Shown here piece after piece: positions 16,051-23,400 of a DNA stretch of 24,000 bases; position 1 is the first letter of the stretch; each line of letters begins with the position of its first letter. The notes beneath the pieces are model-generated. The model was not told where the DNA came from. It ran no database searches and worked only from the letters and a program-made list of their open reading frames with translations. The position numbers and the translations under genes are program-made. This DNA comes from Salibacteraceae bacterium (GTDB taxonomy: Bacteria > Bacteroidota > Bacteroidia > Flavobacteriales_G > Salibacteraceae): positions 53,749 to 77,748 of the forward strand of contig CBFIBQ010000004.1 of NCBI GenBank assembly GCA_965660875.1, given 5' to 3'.

Positions 16051-16596
16051 TTACCCCTGTTTCAATTTATTATTGACTTTTTCGGCTATCACTTTCTTGT
16101 ATTGCTCGTAGTCGAATTCATAAGACCAATAGTCTAGTCCGTCTACTGGGTCGGGTATGTAGTTTTTATCGTCGTCATTATCGTCATCATCGGGTGCATA
16201 CTTGACAACAACGGTGCTGTTATCGAGGGCCTCATCGATATACAAATCCACCGGTTCGTCCTCGTGTTCCTTAATGTTTGAACTTATGGCAACAATGTTT
16301 CCCCTATCCTCAAAACGGGCAATCGCTTGGTTGTACTCTTCGCATACTTTACCTTCTAAAGTAACGGTACCGAAGTAGTACTCCTCCTCCATTTCATGTG
16401 CCCGTTCCAGTTTTTTCATGGTTAAAGCAGAAGTAGTGATGGATGTTGGGTGAAAATGCTTGTCGTGTTTAGCGTAGAATTTCCGCAAACACCGCTCGAT
16501 GAAAGTGCTCATGGTTTCTTCATTCGTTTGGGGAAGGTAGCTTCCGTTTTTGTCGTAATCCTCCGAGGTAAAATAGTAGTGTTCTTCTAAAATCAT
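16051..16596 (-). CDS. Highly acidic hypothetical protein (first gene of the minus-strand array)
   Basis: 181 aa, rich in D/E, with YAPDDDDNDDDKNYIPDPVDGLDYWSYEFDYEQY. No domain recognised. Confidence 0.6.
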   Translation of the reverse strand: MILEEHYYFTSEDYDKNGSYLPQTNEETMSTFIERCLRKFYAKHDKHFHPTSITTSALTMKKLERAHEMEEEYYFGTVTLEGKVCEEYNQAIARFEDRGNIVAISSNIKEHEDEPVDLYIDEALDNSTVVVKYAPDDDDNDDDKNYIPDPVDGLDYWSYEFDYEQYKKVIAEKVNNKLKQG

Positions 16597-16639
16597 AGTC
16601 TTTAGTTTTTGTTTCTATTCGAAAATTAGGTATTCATTC

Positions 16640-16654
16640 CGCCATAGTTTGGCA
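16640..16654. promoter_or_regulatory. CGCCA-N5-TGGC(A) palindromic box, copy A
   Basis: ccgccatagtttggcag lies 44 nt upstream of the acidic-protein ATG (16596). Confidence 0.35.
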
Positions 16655-16671
16655 GGGTAAAGTGCGTAATG

Positions 16672-16722
16672 CTGTCGTTCTCGATACACCCTTCGTTTTG
16701 CTCAGGGCACTCGAACTGACAG
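16672..16722. other. Long imperfect hairpin in the divergent intergenic region
   Basis: ctgtcgttc (16672-16680) pairs with gaactgacag (16713-16722): 9 bp with one bulged A. An inner GCCCU/AGGGU-type pairing is possible. No flanking U-run. Confidence 0.3.
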
Positions 16723-16772
16723 ACAACTTCTTTCATATAGAAATTATAAAATGACCCCGATGAAATGGACCC

Positions 16773-16860
16773 TTTTTTGGCAAAACCTAAAATGGGCCTA
16801 CACTACTATATTGTTTATTGACAGACCGTTTTCCGCGGAGGGGTTTTTTGGCAAAACCTA
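16773..16860. repeat. Two perfect 17-bp direct repeats TTTTTTGGCAAAACCTA
   Basis: Copies at 16773-16789 and 16844-16860, 71 bp start to start, in the intergenic region between the divergent operons. Confidence 0.9.
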
Positions 16861-16872
16861 GGAGCTTTCAAT

Positions 16873-16887
16873 CGCCATTAGTTGGCG
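16873..16887. promoter_or_regulatory. CGCCA-N5-TGGCG palindromic box, copy B
   Basis: cgccattagttggcg lies 44 nt upstream of the WYL regulator ATG (16931). Confidence 0.4.
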
Positions 16888-16930
16888 GAAGAATTTTTCC
16901 TGGTTATCTTGCAGGTTTAAAATCAAACCT

Positions 16931-17797
16931 ATGGCTTCACACTTTGGAATATTACGGTCTTACTTTAAATTGGTAAATCGGGCACAAGTTGGGGATTACC
17001 CCAGCAAAAAAAATTTACTCGACTTGTTTGAAGAAAGTCCAATTTCTGCTCGGACCTTGGAGCGCTATTTATTCGAATTGAACGAGGAGTTTGGCATCAA
17101 CATCAAATACAATCGATCCAGAAAAGGATACGAACTGGTAGCGGAAGATGATATTGGGGTAGAGCAATTCTTTAAATTCATGGAGTTTAGTGGCAAGGCC
17201 AACCTCATGCAAGACATTCTGAATACCGGAAAAGAAGGGCTGAAATATCTGGACTTTGAAGAAAAAGGGTTGTTGAAAGGCGTTCACTTTCTATCGCCTT
17301 TATTTCATGCCACCCGAAAACAGCAGGTATGTGCGTTGAGCTATTATAAGTTCGATTCGGAGGAAGTGCACGAGCACGTCTTATATCCCTATTTATTGAA
17401 AGAATATCAAGGGCGTTGGTACATAATCGGCTATTGCGAAGACCAAAAAGATACCCGCACCTTTGCGGTGGACCGTATACGCGAATTGGTCGTTCGAAAA
17501 GATAAATTCCGTAAAAAACCCCTCTTCAAAAAGCTCGAAAACCTCGACCATTGCATCGGGCTAAACTGGTCGAATGAAAAGATCGAACGTATTGTCATCC
17601 GGTTTACGGAATACCAAGCCAAATACCAACGCGCCTTACCCTGGCATTGGAGCCAAAAGGAATTGGAAACAGAACCAACCACGCCTAAGGGCTTTGTTGA
17701 TTTTGAGTTTCGATTGATTATCAATTATGAACTCAAGCAAAAGATCTGGATGTTGGGGAAAGAGGTGGAGGTGTTGGAGCCGGAGGGGTTGAAGTAA
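16931..17797 (+). CDS. HTH-WYL-WCX transcriptional regulator (BrxR/CapW-like)
   Basis: 288 aa. N-terminal HTH (SARTLERYLFELNEEFGINIKYNRSRKGYEL), WYL domain (YPYLLKEYQGRWYIIGYCEDQKDTRTFAVDRIREL) and a C-terminal VEVLEPEGLK. Confidence 0.85.
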   Translation: MASHFGILRSYFKLVNRAQVGDYPSKKNLLDLFEESPISARTLERYLFELNEEFGINIKYNRSRKGYELVAEDDIGVEQFFKFMEFSGKANLMQDILNTGKEGLKYLDFEEKGLLKGVHFLSPLFHATRKQQVCALSYYKFDSEEVHEHVLYPYLLKEYQGRWYIIGYCEDQKDTRTFAVDRIRELVVRKDKFRKKPLFKKLENLDHCIGLNWSNEKIERIVIRFTEYQAKYQRALPWHWSQKELETEPTTPKGFVDFEFRLIINYELKQKIWMLGKEVEVLEPEGLK

Positions 17798-17806
17798 TTT
17801 TTATCC

Positions 17807-17821
17807 CGCCAACTTGTAGCG
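17807..17821. promoter_or_regulatory. Degenerate CGCCA-N5-TAGCG box, copy C
   Basis: tcccgccaacttgtagcg lies between the WYL gene stop and the DUF2779 start. It shares the TCCCGCCAA left flank with copy D. Confidence 0.3.
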
Positions 17822-17856
17822 AACTGTTGTTTTAACCTTGTAATTTAAAGAGAATT

Positions 17857-19326
17857 ATGCTATCAAAATCTACATACGTAAGAGGCCACCAATGTTTAAA
17901 AAGCCTTTGGCTGCATAAAAAGAAACCGGAGTTAAAAGACGATATTTCAGCGCAACAAGAAGCCTTGTTTGCTCAAGGAACTTCGGTCGGTGAATTGTCG
18001 CAACAACTTTTTCCGGGCGGAAAAGATGCTACTCCTGAAGATTATTACCATTGGAAACCTTCCTTCGAAAAAACGAAGCAATGGATTGAAGAAGGTCAGG
18101 AGGTCATCTATGAGGCGGCATTTAATTATGGAAATGTAATGGCGGCCCTCGATATCTTGGTGAAACGCGATGGAGAATGGCATGCCATTGAGGTAAAAAG
18201 CTCTACGTCTGTAAAGGACTATCACCGAATAGATGGCAGCCTGCAATATTGGGTAATGAGTTTAGCTGGCATTAAACCCGATAAGTTCTTTTTGATGCAC
18301 ATCAAAAACCAATATGTGCGGGAAGGTGAGCTAGACATCGAACAGCTTTTTACTTTAGAAGATATTACGGCTGATGTGCTGGCCAGACAACACGAGGTTC
18401 AACCTTATTTAACCGATTGTTTTGATGTACTTAAACAAAAAGCAGAACCGCAAGTGCCTATAGGCGATCAATGTTCCGATCCATTTCCTTGTGATTTTAT
18501 TAGTCACTGCTGGAAACATGTGCCCGACTATTCCGTGTTTAATATTACTCGAATAGGAGGAAAGAGCTGGGATTTATACCACAAAGGTATTTACGAGATA
18601 AATAAAGTACCTGATGATTATCCTTTGAGCGAAAAACAACGCCATCAGGTTGAAGGGGTTAAAACGGGTAAAGAAGTATTTCTAAAAGATGAAATCGAGA
18701 CTTTTCTGAATGAATGGGAATTCCCGCTTTATTTTTTTGACTTTGAAACCATAGGTCCTGCCGTTCCGCTATACGATGACACTCGACCTTATTCCCAATA
18801 TCCTTTTCAATACTCACTTCACGTATTGCAAGCGTCTGGGGAGGTAGAACACTTCGAGTACTTGGGTGATGGAAAAACAGACCCTCGACCTGGTTTGATC
18901 AATCAAATGCTACGTGACCTCGGGACCAAAGGAAGTATTGTAACCTACAATATGGGGTTTGAAAAAGGAAAAATAACGGCTATGGCTGAAAACTTTCCTG
19001 AATATAAGGACTCACTGTTGGACATTAATGAGCGAGTCGTTGACCTCATTATTCCGTTTCGCAAACATTGGTTGTACACTCCGAAAATGAAGGGTTCGGC
19101 TTCCATAAAGTACGTTTTACCTGCCTTGGTACCTAATCTGTCATACAACGATTTGGAAATCAAAGAAGGCGGAACAGCCAGCGCAACTTTCCAGGCAATG
19201 TGCGAAGGAACTTTTACCGGAGATATTGAAGAAACACGCAGGCAACTACTGGACTACTGTAAGTTGGATACTTGGGCGATGGTTGAGATTTATTGGTATG
19301 TGAAAAACAGACTCAAAGCCAACTAA
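17857..19326 (+). CDS. DUF2779-type protein: N-terminal Cas4/RecB-like PD-(D/E)xK nuclease with Cys cluster plus C-terminal DEDD (RNase H-fold) exonuclease
   Basis: 489 aa. LDILVKRDGEWHAIEVKSS gives D...E-x-K, followed by LQYW. Cys residues: HQCLKS plus CSDPFPCDFISHC (four Cys). The C-terminal half has YFFDFETIG (Exo I), TYNMGFEKG (Exo II-like) and LLDYCKLDTWAM (Exo III-like). Confidence 0.8.
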   Translation: MLSKSTYVRGHQCLKSLWLHKKKPELKDDISAQQEALFAQGTSVGELSQQLFPGGKDATPEDYYHWKPSFEKTKQWIEEGQEVIYEAAFNYGNVMAALDILVKRDGEWHAIEVKSSTSVKDYHRIDGSLQYWVMSLAGIKPDKFFLMHIKNQYVREGELDIEQLFTLEDITADVLARQHEVQPYLTDCFDVLKQKAEPQVPIGDQCSDPFPCDFISHCWKHVPDYSVFNITRIGGKSWDLYHKGIYEINKVPDDYPLSEKQRHQVEGVKTGKEVFLKDEIETFLNEWEFPLYFFDFETIGPAVPLYDDTRPYSQYPFQYSLHVLQASGEVEHFEYLGDGKTDPRPGLINQMLRDLGTKGSIVTYNMGFEKGKITAMAENFPEYKDSLLDINERVVDLIIPFRKHWLYTPKMKGSASIKYVLPALVPNLSYNDLEIKEGGTASATFQAMCEGTFTGDIEETRRQLLDYCKLDTWAMVEIYWYVKNRLKAN

Positions 19327-19341
19327 ATCAATACCATAGTG

Positions 19342-19403
19342 GGATAATATATTATCTATATGTGTTAATTTTTTATATATTTGGATAATATATTATCTAT
19401 ATG
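19342..19403 (+). promoter_or_regulatory. hipBA promoter with duplicated palindromic operator
   Basis: ggataatatattatctatatg occurs twice (19342-19362, 19383-19403). Each copy contains the perfect 14-bp palindrome GATAATATATTATC (19343-19356, 19384-19397). TATATTTG at 19376-19383 matches the TAnnTTTG -7 box exactly and lies between the copies. The second copy covers the hipB ATG. Confidence 0.6.
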
Positions 19404-19676
19404 CCTAGTTATTCTCTTTCTAAACAACCGCGTGAAGTGATGTTGGAATTAGCTTCCAAAATACGGACGATTCGCAAAGCCAAAAAATGGAGTCAGGCAG
19501 CACTCGCAGATCGGTCTGGAGTATCCCTCGGTAGTTTAAAACGCTTTGAAACACAAGGCGAAATATCGCTAATATCGCTCCTAAAACTAGCGCATACTTT
19601 GGGTCGATTAGAGGAATTTAATGACCTGTTTCAACCAACCGCGCAAGGTGATTTAAACCAGTTATTCTCTTCTTGA
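19401..19676 (+). CDS. hipB: XRE-family HTH antitoxin (HipB-like)
   Basis: 91 aa. IRTIRKAKKWSQAALADRSGVSLGSLKRFETQGEISL is a Cro/C1-type HTH. The gene ends 1 nt before hipA. Confidence 0.8.
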   Translation: MPSYSLSKQPREVMLELASKIRTIRKAKKWSQAALADRSGVSLGSLKRFETQGEISLISLLKLAHTLGRLEEFNDLFQPTAQGDLNQLFSS

Positions 19677-19677
19677 T

Positions 19678-20904
19678 ATGCGAACAGAACGGATAAACGT
19701 ATTCTTAAATTTTGGTACCGAACATCCCGCGATAGAAATCGGAGAATTGGTGGTTAGTGATCGCTTGATTCATTTTAAGTGTTCGGATGCCTATTTGCAA
19801 AGTCCTTATGAATTATCGCCTTTTAAAATGCCAAAATCGACCGAGATTTATACCGGTGATCCTCGACTTTTTGAAGGGTTGCCCGGATTGTTCTACGATG
19901 CCTTACCCGATACTTGGGGTAGATTAATCACAGACCGAGCCATAAGTGCAAAAGGTACAAATACATCAAGCATAACTGCCTTAGATCGTTTGGCATTGGT
20001 GGGTAAAAACGGTCCAGGAGCTTTGCAATTTCTTCCAGAGCACAGCAGCGAAAAGCCTAAACTCAATATTGATCTTGACGTATTTGCCCATGAAAGCAAT
20101 GAAATCATATCGGGGTCGGATTCGGAGGTTATTGAAGCACTTTTTCATTTAGGTGGTTCGTCAGGCGGAGCACGACCAAAAATTGAACTATTGGTTAACC
20201 CGGCAATTAAAGAACTGAAGTCTCATGGTGTTGCAGAAGGTTTTGAAAATTGGATCATTAAATTTCCTTCTCGATTTGATGAGCCGGACATTGCGCACAT
20301 CGAATACGCCTATTACTTAATGGCTAAAGCAGCGGGTGTATCCATTTCAACTAGTGAGCTATTTACAGGTAAATCTGGGAAAAAGTATTTTGGAACCAAA
20401 CGTTTCGATAGGCAACAAGGCAAACACCTTCATGTGCATTCTGTAGCGGGATTGCTCCATGACGATTACCGTTATTCACAGCTAGACTATGGCCATATAT
20501 TAGATGCGGGTTTTAATTTGACACACAGAGTAAAAACGCATGAAGAAATTCTACGCCTGGCTGCATTTAATCTATATACGCACAACCGAGACGACCACAG
20601 CAAGAATTTTTCATTTTTAATGGACGAAACAGGCGAATGGAGTTTTGCCCCTGCCTATGACCTTACCTTTTCGAGTTCATCGCACGGGCATCACAGCACA
20701 ACTTATGCTGGAGAGGGGCTAAATCCAAATGCCAAGCACCTGTTGGAACTCGTAAAAACCTTTGATATCCGAAACGCTAAAGAGATTATTGAAGAAGTGA
20801 AAACTGCAGCTTGTAATTGGACCCATTTTGCAGAGGAAGCAGAAGTGACCAACGCCTCCAGAAAAAAAATAACCAAAGTGCTGGACGGGTTGATAGTAGG
20901 ATAA
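19678..20904 (+). CDS. hipA: HipA-family serine/threonine kinase toxin
   Basis: 408 aa. N-terminal coupling domain LPGLFYDALPDTWGRLITDR; LGGSSGGARPK; catalytic loop HNRDDHSKNFSFL; AYDLTF. Confidence 0.9.
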   Translation: MRTERINVFLNFGTEHPAIEIGELVVSDRLIHFKCSDAYLQSPYELSPFKMPKSTEIYTGDPRLFEGLPGLFYDALPDTWGRLITDRAISAKGTNTSSITALDRLALVGKNGPGALQFLPEHSSEKPKLNIDLDVFAHESNEIISGSDSEVIEALFHLGGSSGGARPKIELLVNPAIKELKSHGVAEGFENWIIKFPSRFDEPDIAHIEYAYYLMAKAAGVSISTSELFTGKSGKKYFGTKRFDRQQGKHLHVHSVAGLLHDDYRYSQLDYGHILDAGFNLTHRVKTHEEILRLAAFNLYTHNRDDHSKNFSFLMDETGEWSFAPAYDLTFSSSSHGHHSTTYAGEGLNPNAKHLLELVKTFDIRNAKEIIEEVKTAACNWTHFAEEAEVTNASRKKITKVLDGLIVG

Positions 20905-20924
20905 CATTTTTATTTCAACCTTCC

Positions 20925-20939
20925 CGCCAATCCATGGCG
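20925..20939. promoter_or_regulatory. CGCCA-N5-TGGCG palindromic box, copy D, spanning the start codon of the UVR-motif gene
   Basis: ccgcca (20924-20929), atcca, tggcgg (20935-20940). The ATG at 20934-20936 sits at the loop/stem junction. Confidence 0.35.
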
Positions 20940-21389
20940 GAGCATAACTTTTCTTTTGTTTCTGTGAATACAACATCGATATCAGAAACAGCAGACGCTT
21001 TGGAGCAATTAAATAATTTACACGGTCAACTCAAGAGGTCACCAAATACGGACTTGGAACTGTTGGAGGAGATTAAAATAGTACTCGAATCCTTCAAATA
21101 CATACACCCACCTCAGCCTATTGAAATTGCCTTTGGGCTGGTGGTAAAAGATGATGCTTACGTCGAAAGTTTTCGCAAGTATTGGAACTTGCTACTCCAG
21201 AAGTTTCATGCTACCCAGCAAGGTAAATTTGAAGAGGCCGCAAAATTCAGGGATAGTGCAAGAAGAGAAATCGAAACTGCCATGAGCCAATTGTTACAAA
21301 AGCTATTTACCCACCAAGGACCTTTTTACCAATATCAAGGTCGTGTGTTTTATCATAAGTTGGATTCGAGGGTTGAAGGGTTGTTATAG
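20934..21389 (+). CDS. Hypothetical protein with a UVR-like motif
   Basis: The track ORF starts at 20817 but overlaps hipA in another frame. The likely start is MAEHNF at 20934 (151 aa). QGKFEEAAKFRDSARREIE resembles the UvrB/UvrC-type UVR motif. Confidence 0.4.
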   Translation: MAEHNFSFVSVNTTSISETADALEQLNNLHGQLKRSPNTDLELLEEIKIVLESFKYIHPPQPIEIAFGLVVKDDAYVESFRKYWNLLLQKFHATQQGKFEEAAKFRDSARREIETAMSQLLQKLFTHQGPFYQYQGRVFYHKLDSRVEGLL

Positions 21390-21419
21390 ATTAAAGAAAA
21401 TTTGAAGGTTTCGATATTC

Positions 21420-22265
21420 TTAAGACTTCATTTTATGGTTTAAAATTAATTCCTCGGCCCATTTATATACATCTGAACTATCGATAACAAAGTCTTGCCC
21501 TATTCCAGTTGATTGAACGAATATTCTTTTTCGGCCTTTTTCATCATTATAAAACATACGCTTTTCTTCGTATTTGGGCATGCGTGAGATTTTTGCATTT
21601 TCAAAGCAATCAGGAAGCGACCAAAGACTTTTCGGAAATCCTCTTCTAGTTAATACTAAATCATCGTGATAATAAAACGTTCCATAGGAACTTTTATTCT
21701 TTGCGGGATAAATCGCATTAAATCTATAGTCTTGTTTTGGTCCGTCAAGTTTGGCGTTTTCGAAATGTGGATGCCCTTCGAATTCGGGGTGATTCAAGAT
21801 TTCTCGACCGAGAATTGGTTTGTCCGATTTTAGGAATCCATAAATGATATGTCTTTCATAGTCCCGCTCGAACCTAATAGTTCCATTAATACTTGTAGTT
21901 CTTCTAAAACTTCCAAAGAACAAAAAAATATCATCCCCGCCCACATCATTATTAACTAAGTGTTTTTGGGCTGCCGAATTTTGCCCAAATGCACCCTTCC
22001 AGTTTGCCTGTCTTTTCTTTAAGATATTTGTTCTGATGTCTGGGTCTAAATGACATTTTTGAGGAATTGATTTAGAATAGAGAGCATCAATAAGTGATTG
22101 ATAGTTGGCTTTATTGTCGTACATCAAACTAGTGTATTTGATCCCTTTGTTTTTTATCTCTGGGATGGGAAGCGAAATCAGCTCTCCATTTGGCATAATT
22201 GGACTGGCGCCACCACCATAGGCGCTATCAAATCCCTTTCTACTTAGAATAACCTTTTTACTCAT
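21420..22265 (-). CDS. Retron-associated 281-aa protein, possibly of the Nmad3 (nucleotide-modification-associated domain 3) family
   Basis: It lies on the same strand as the retron RT, 79 nt downstream. The N-terminus ILSRKGFDSAYGGGASPIMPNGELISLPIP matches my memory of the Nmad3 family start; this is unverified. No ATPase, TOPRIM, HNH, TIR, TM or NDT signatures seen. Confidence 0.35.
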   Translation of the reverse strand: MSKKVILSRKGFDSAYGGGASPIMPNGELISLPIPEIKNKGIKYTSLMYDNKANYQSLIDALYSKSIPQKCHLDPDIRTNILKKRQANWKGAFGQNSAAQKHLVNNDVGGDDIFLFFGSFRRTTSINGTIRFERDYERHIIYGFLKSDKPILGREILNHPEFEGHPHFENAKLDGPKQDYRFNAIYPAKNKSSYGTFYYHDDLVLTRRGFPKSLWSLPDCFENAKISRMPKYEEKRMFYNDEKGRKRIFVQSTGIGQDFVIDSSDVYKWAEELILNHKMKS

Positions 22266-22344
22266 CTTAATCCGTTATAATTTTACTGATCGGTGCTGAA
22301 ATAGCATCTTCTTTCAGAATCATTTTTATTATCTAATACCCATT

Positions 22345-23400
22345 TTAGTCATGTTTCATTGTATTCAGTTCGTTAAACTTTATCCTTAACTTTAAGTACA
22401 CCTCATCTTTCCAACCTCTTACCTGACCTACCCAGTCAATCTTTCCTTTCAAAGAGTTCTTGAAGGTCTGCTTTGTGGATTGATTAAGGCGGAGCCGCAA
22501 GTTTTGGTTTTTACTAAAGTATCTAATTGAAGCCGCATGACAACCCTCACGCTCCCAATTGTGTAAAATAGCCCGTAGGTTGCGAATGTACTTTCGGTCG
22601 ATATTAAACTTTTCATTGACCTTAATTCCTGTTACATATTTTGCTTGATTAGGGCCGAGAAATAAAGTCTTTTCTTGGTTTAATTTTAAATCAAATGCAT
22701 CCAGTTCACCCTGAATAAAATTGGCCACCGCCTTGTGGTGCATTTTTGTTTCGGAGCTGATACTTATATCATCTGCATAGCGCGTGTACGTGCATTTAAA
22801 TTGATCAATTCTTGCCAAAACTCTACGGTCAAATTCATGCATAAATAATTCTGCAACAACAGATGATGTAGGTGCTCCAGTGGGCAGGTTATTATTTTTT
22901 GTGCAAAGTAAAGTGAGTAGATAAGCCACCTCATCATTTACATTCAAGTGGTTCTTGAATAAAGGAATCAAGTGATTCCCTTTTATACTAGCGTAAAAAT
23001 CTTTAATGTCTAATTTCAATAAATATGGTTTACCAATATGCGGATTGGCATTGCTCATAATGGGCGAATAACCTCCTCTTTCGTTTAAAGAAAAGGATGC
23101 CAGTTGAAAAAATGTATCCTCTTTTTTATCTTCCATCCACGACCTATAGTCAATCAGTAACTGATCAGCGAATATCTTCTGGATGCGCGCAAGTCTTGGG
23201 CACGGTACCGAAATCTTTCTCAATCCGCCCCGCTTTTTTGGTATGCTAAAAGTGGAATAGGTATTTCGAATTAGGGTTCGCTTCAAATTAAATTCGCTGG
23301 TATTCAATAAAAAACTAACCCTTGACACATCAAACTTTCGTTTTCCGCCCCATATCAACGAGTCATCGGAGTGAAAAAGAAGAGAAGAAGAACCGTACAT
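22345..23400 (-). CDS. ret: Retron-type reverse transcriptase
   Basis: 351 aa. Motifs: FSIPKKRGGLRKISVP (RT1), RIQKIFADQLL (RT2), SNANPHIG (retron NAxxH-type), LLKLDIKDFYASI (RT3), LPTGAPTSSVVAELF (RT4), YTRYADDISIS (RT5, YADD), LNQEKT (RT6), VTGIKVN (retron VTG motif). Confidence 0.9.
   Translation of the reverse strand: MYGSSSLLFHSDDSLIWGGKRKFDVSRVSFLLNTSEFNLKRTLIRNTYSTFSIPKKRGGLRKISVPCPRLARIQKIFADQLLIDYRSWMEDKKEDTFFQLASFSLNERGGYSPIMSNANPHIGKPYLLKLDIKDFYASIKGNHLIPLFKNHLNVNDEVAYLLTLLCTKNNNLPTGAPTSSVVAELFMHEFDRRVLARIDQFKCTYTRYADDISISSETKMHHKAVANFIQGELDAFDLKLNQEKTLFLGPNQAKYVTGIKVNEKFNIDRKYIRNLRAILHNWEREGCHAASIRYFSKNQNLRLRLNQSTKQTFKNSLKGKIDWVGQVRGWKDEVYLKLRIKFNELNTMKHD

Noticed and set aside
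16155-16205. GAT/GAC-rich tract (poly-Asp codons) as a slipped-strand phase-variation repeat
   Set aside because: The tract is an imperfect mix of gtc/atc/att codons rather than a pure tandem repeat. It is more simply explained by the acidic protein composition.
16597-16930. Possible tRNA, CRISPR or small-RNA gene in the 334-bp intergenic region
   Set aside because: No cloverleaf-compatible arms or T-loop consensus were seen. There are only two direct repeats, not an array with spacers. I therefore kept these as regulatory repeats and a hairpin only.
20817-20933. 39-codon N-terminal extension of the UVR-motif ORF
   Set aside because: It overlaps the hipA 3' end in a different frame with an implausible sequence (MDPFCRGSRSDQRLQKK...). 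The internal ATG at 20934 lies just after the hipA stop.
21390-21419. Bidirectional terminator between the convergent UVR-motif gene and the retron partner gene
   Set aside because: The 30-nt spacer shows no convincing GC stem. The only feature is a weak direct repeat of ttgaagg, so no terminator is called.
22266-22344. RT-effector spacer as the msr/msd location
   Set aside because: Only a 6-bp stem (CUGAAA...UUUCAG) was found, with no flanking inverted repeats comparable to the 13-bp pair upstream of the RT. It remains the fallback location if the upstream candidate fails.
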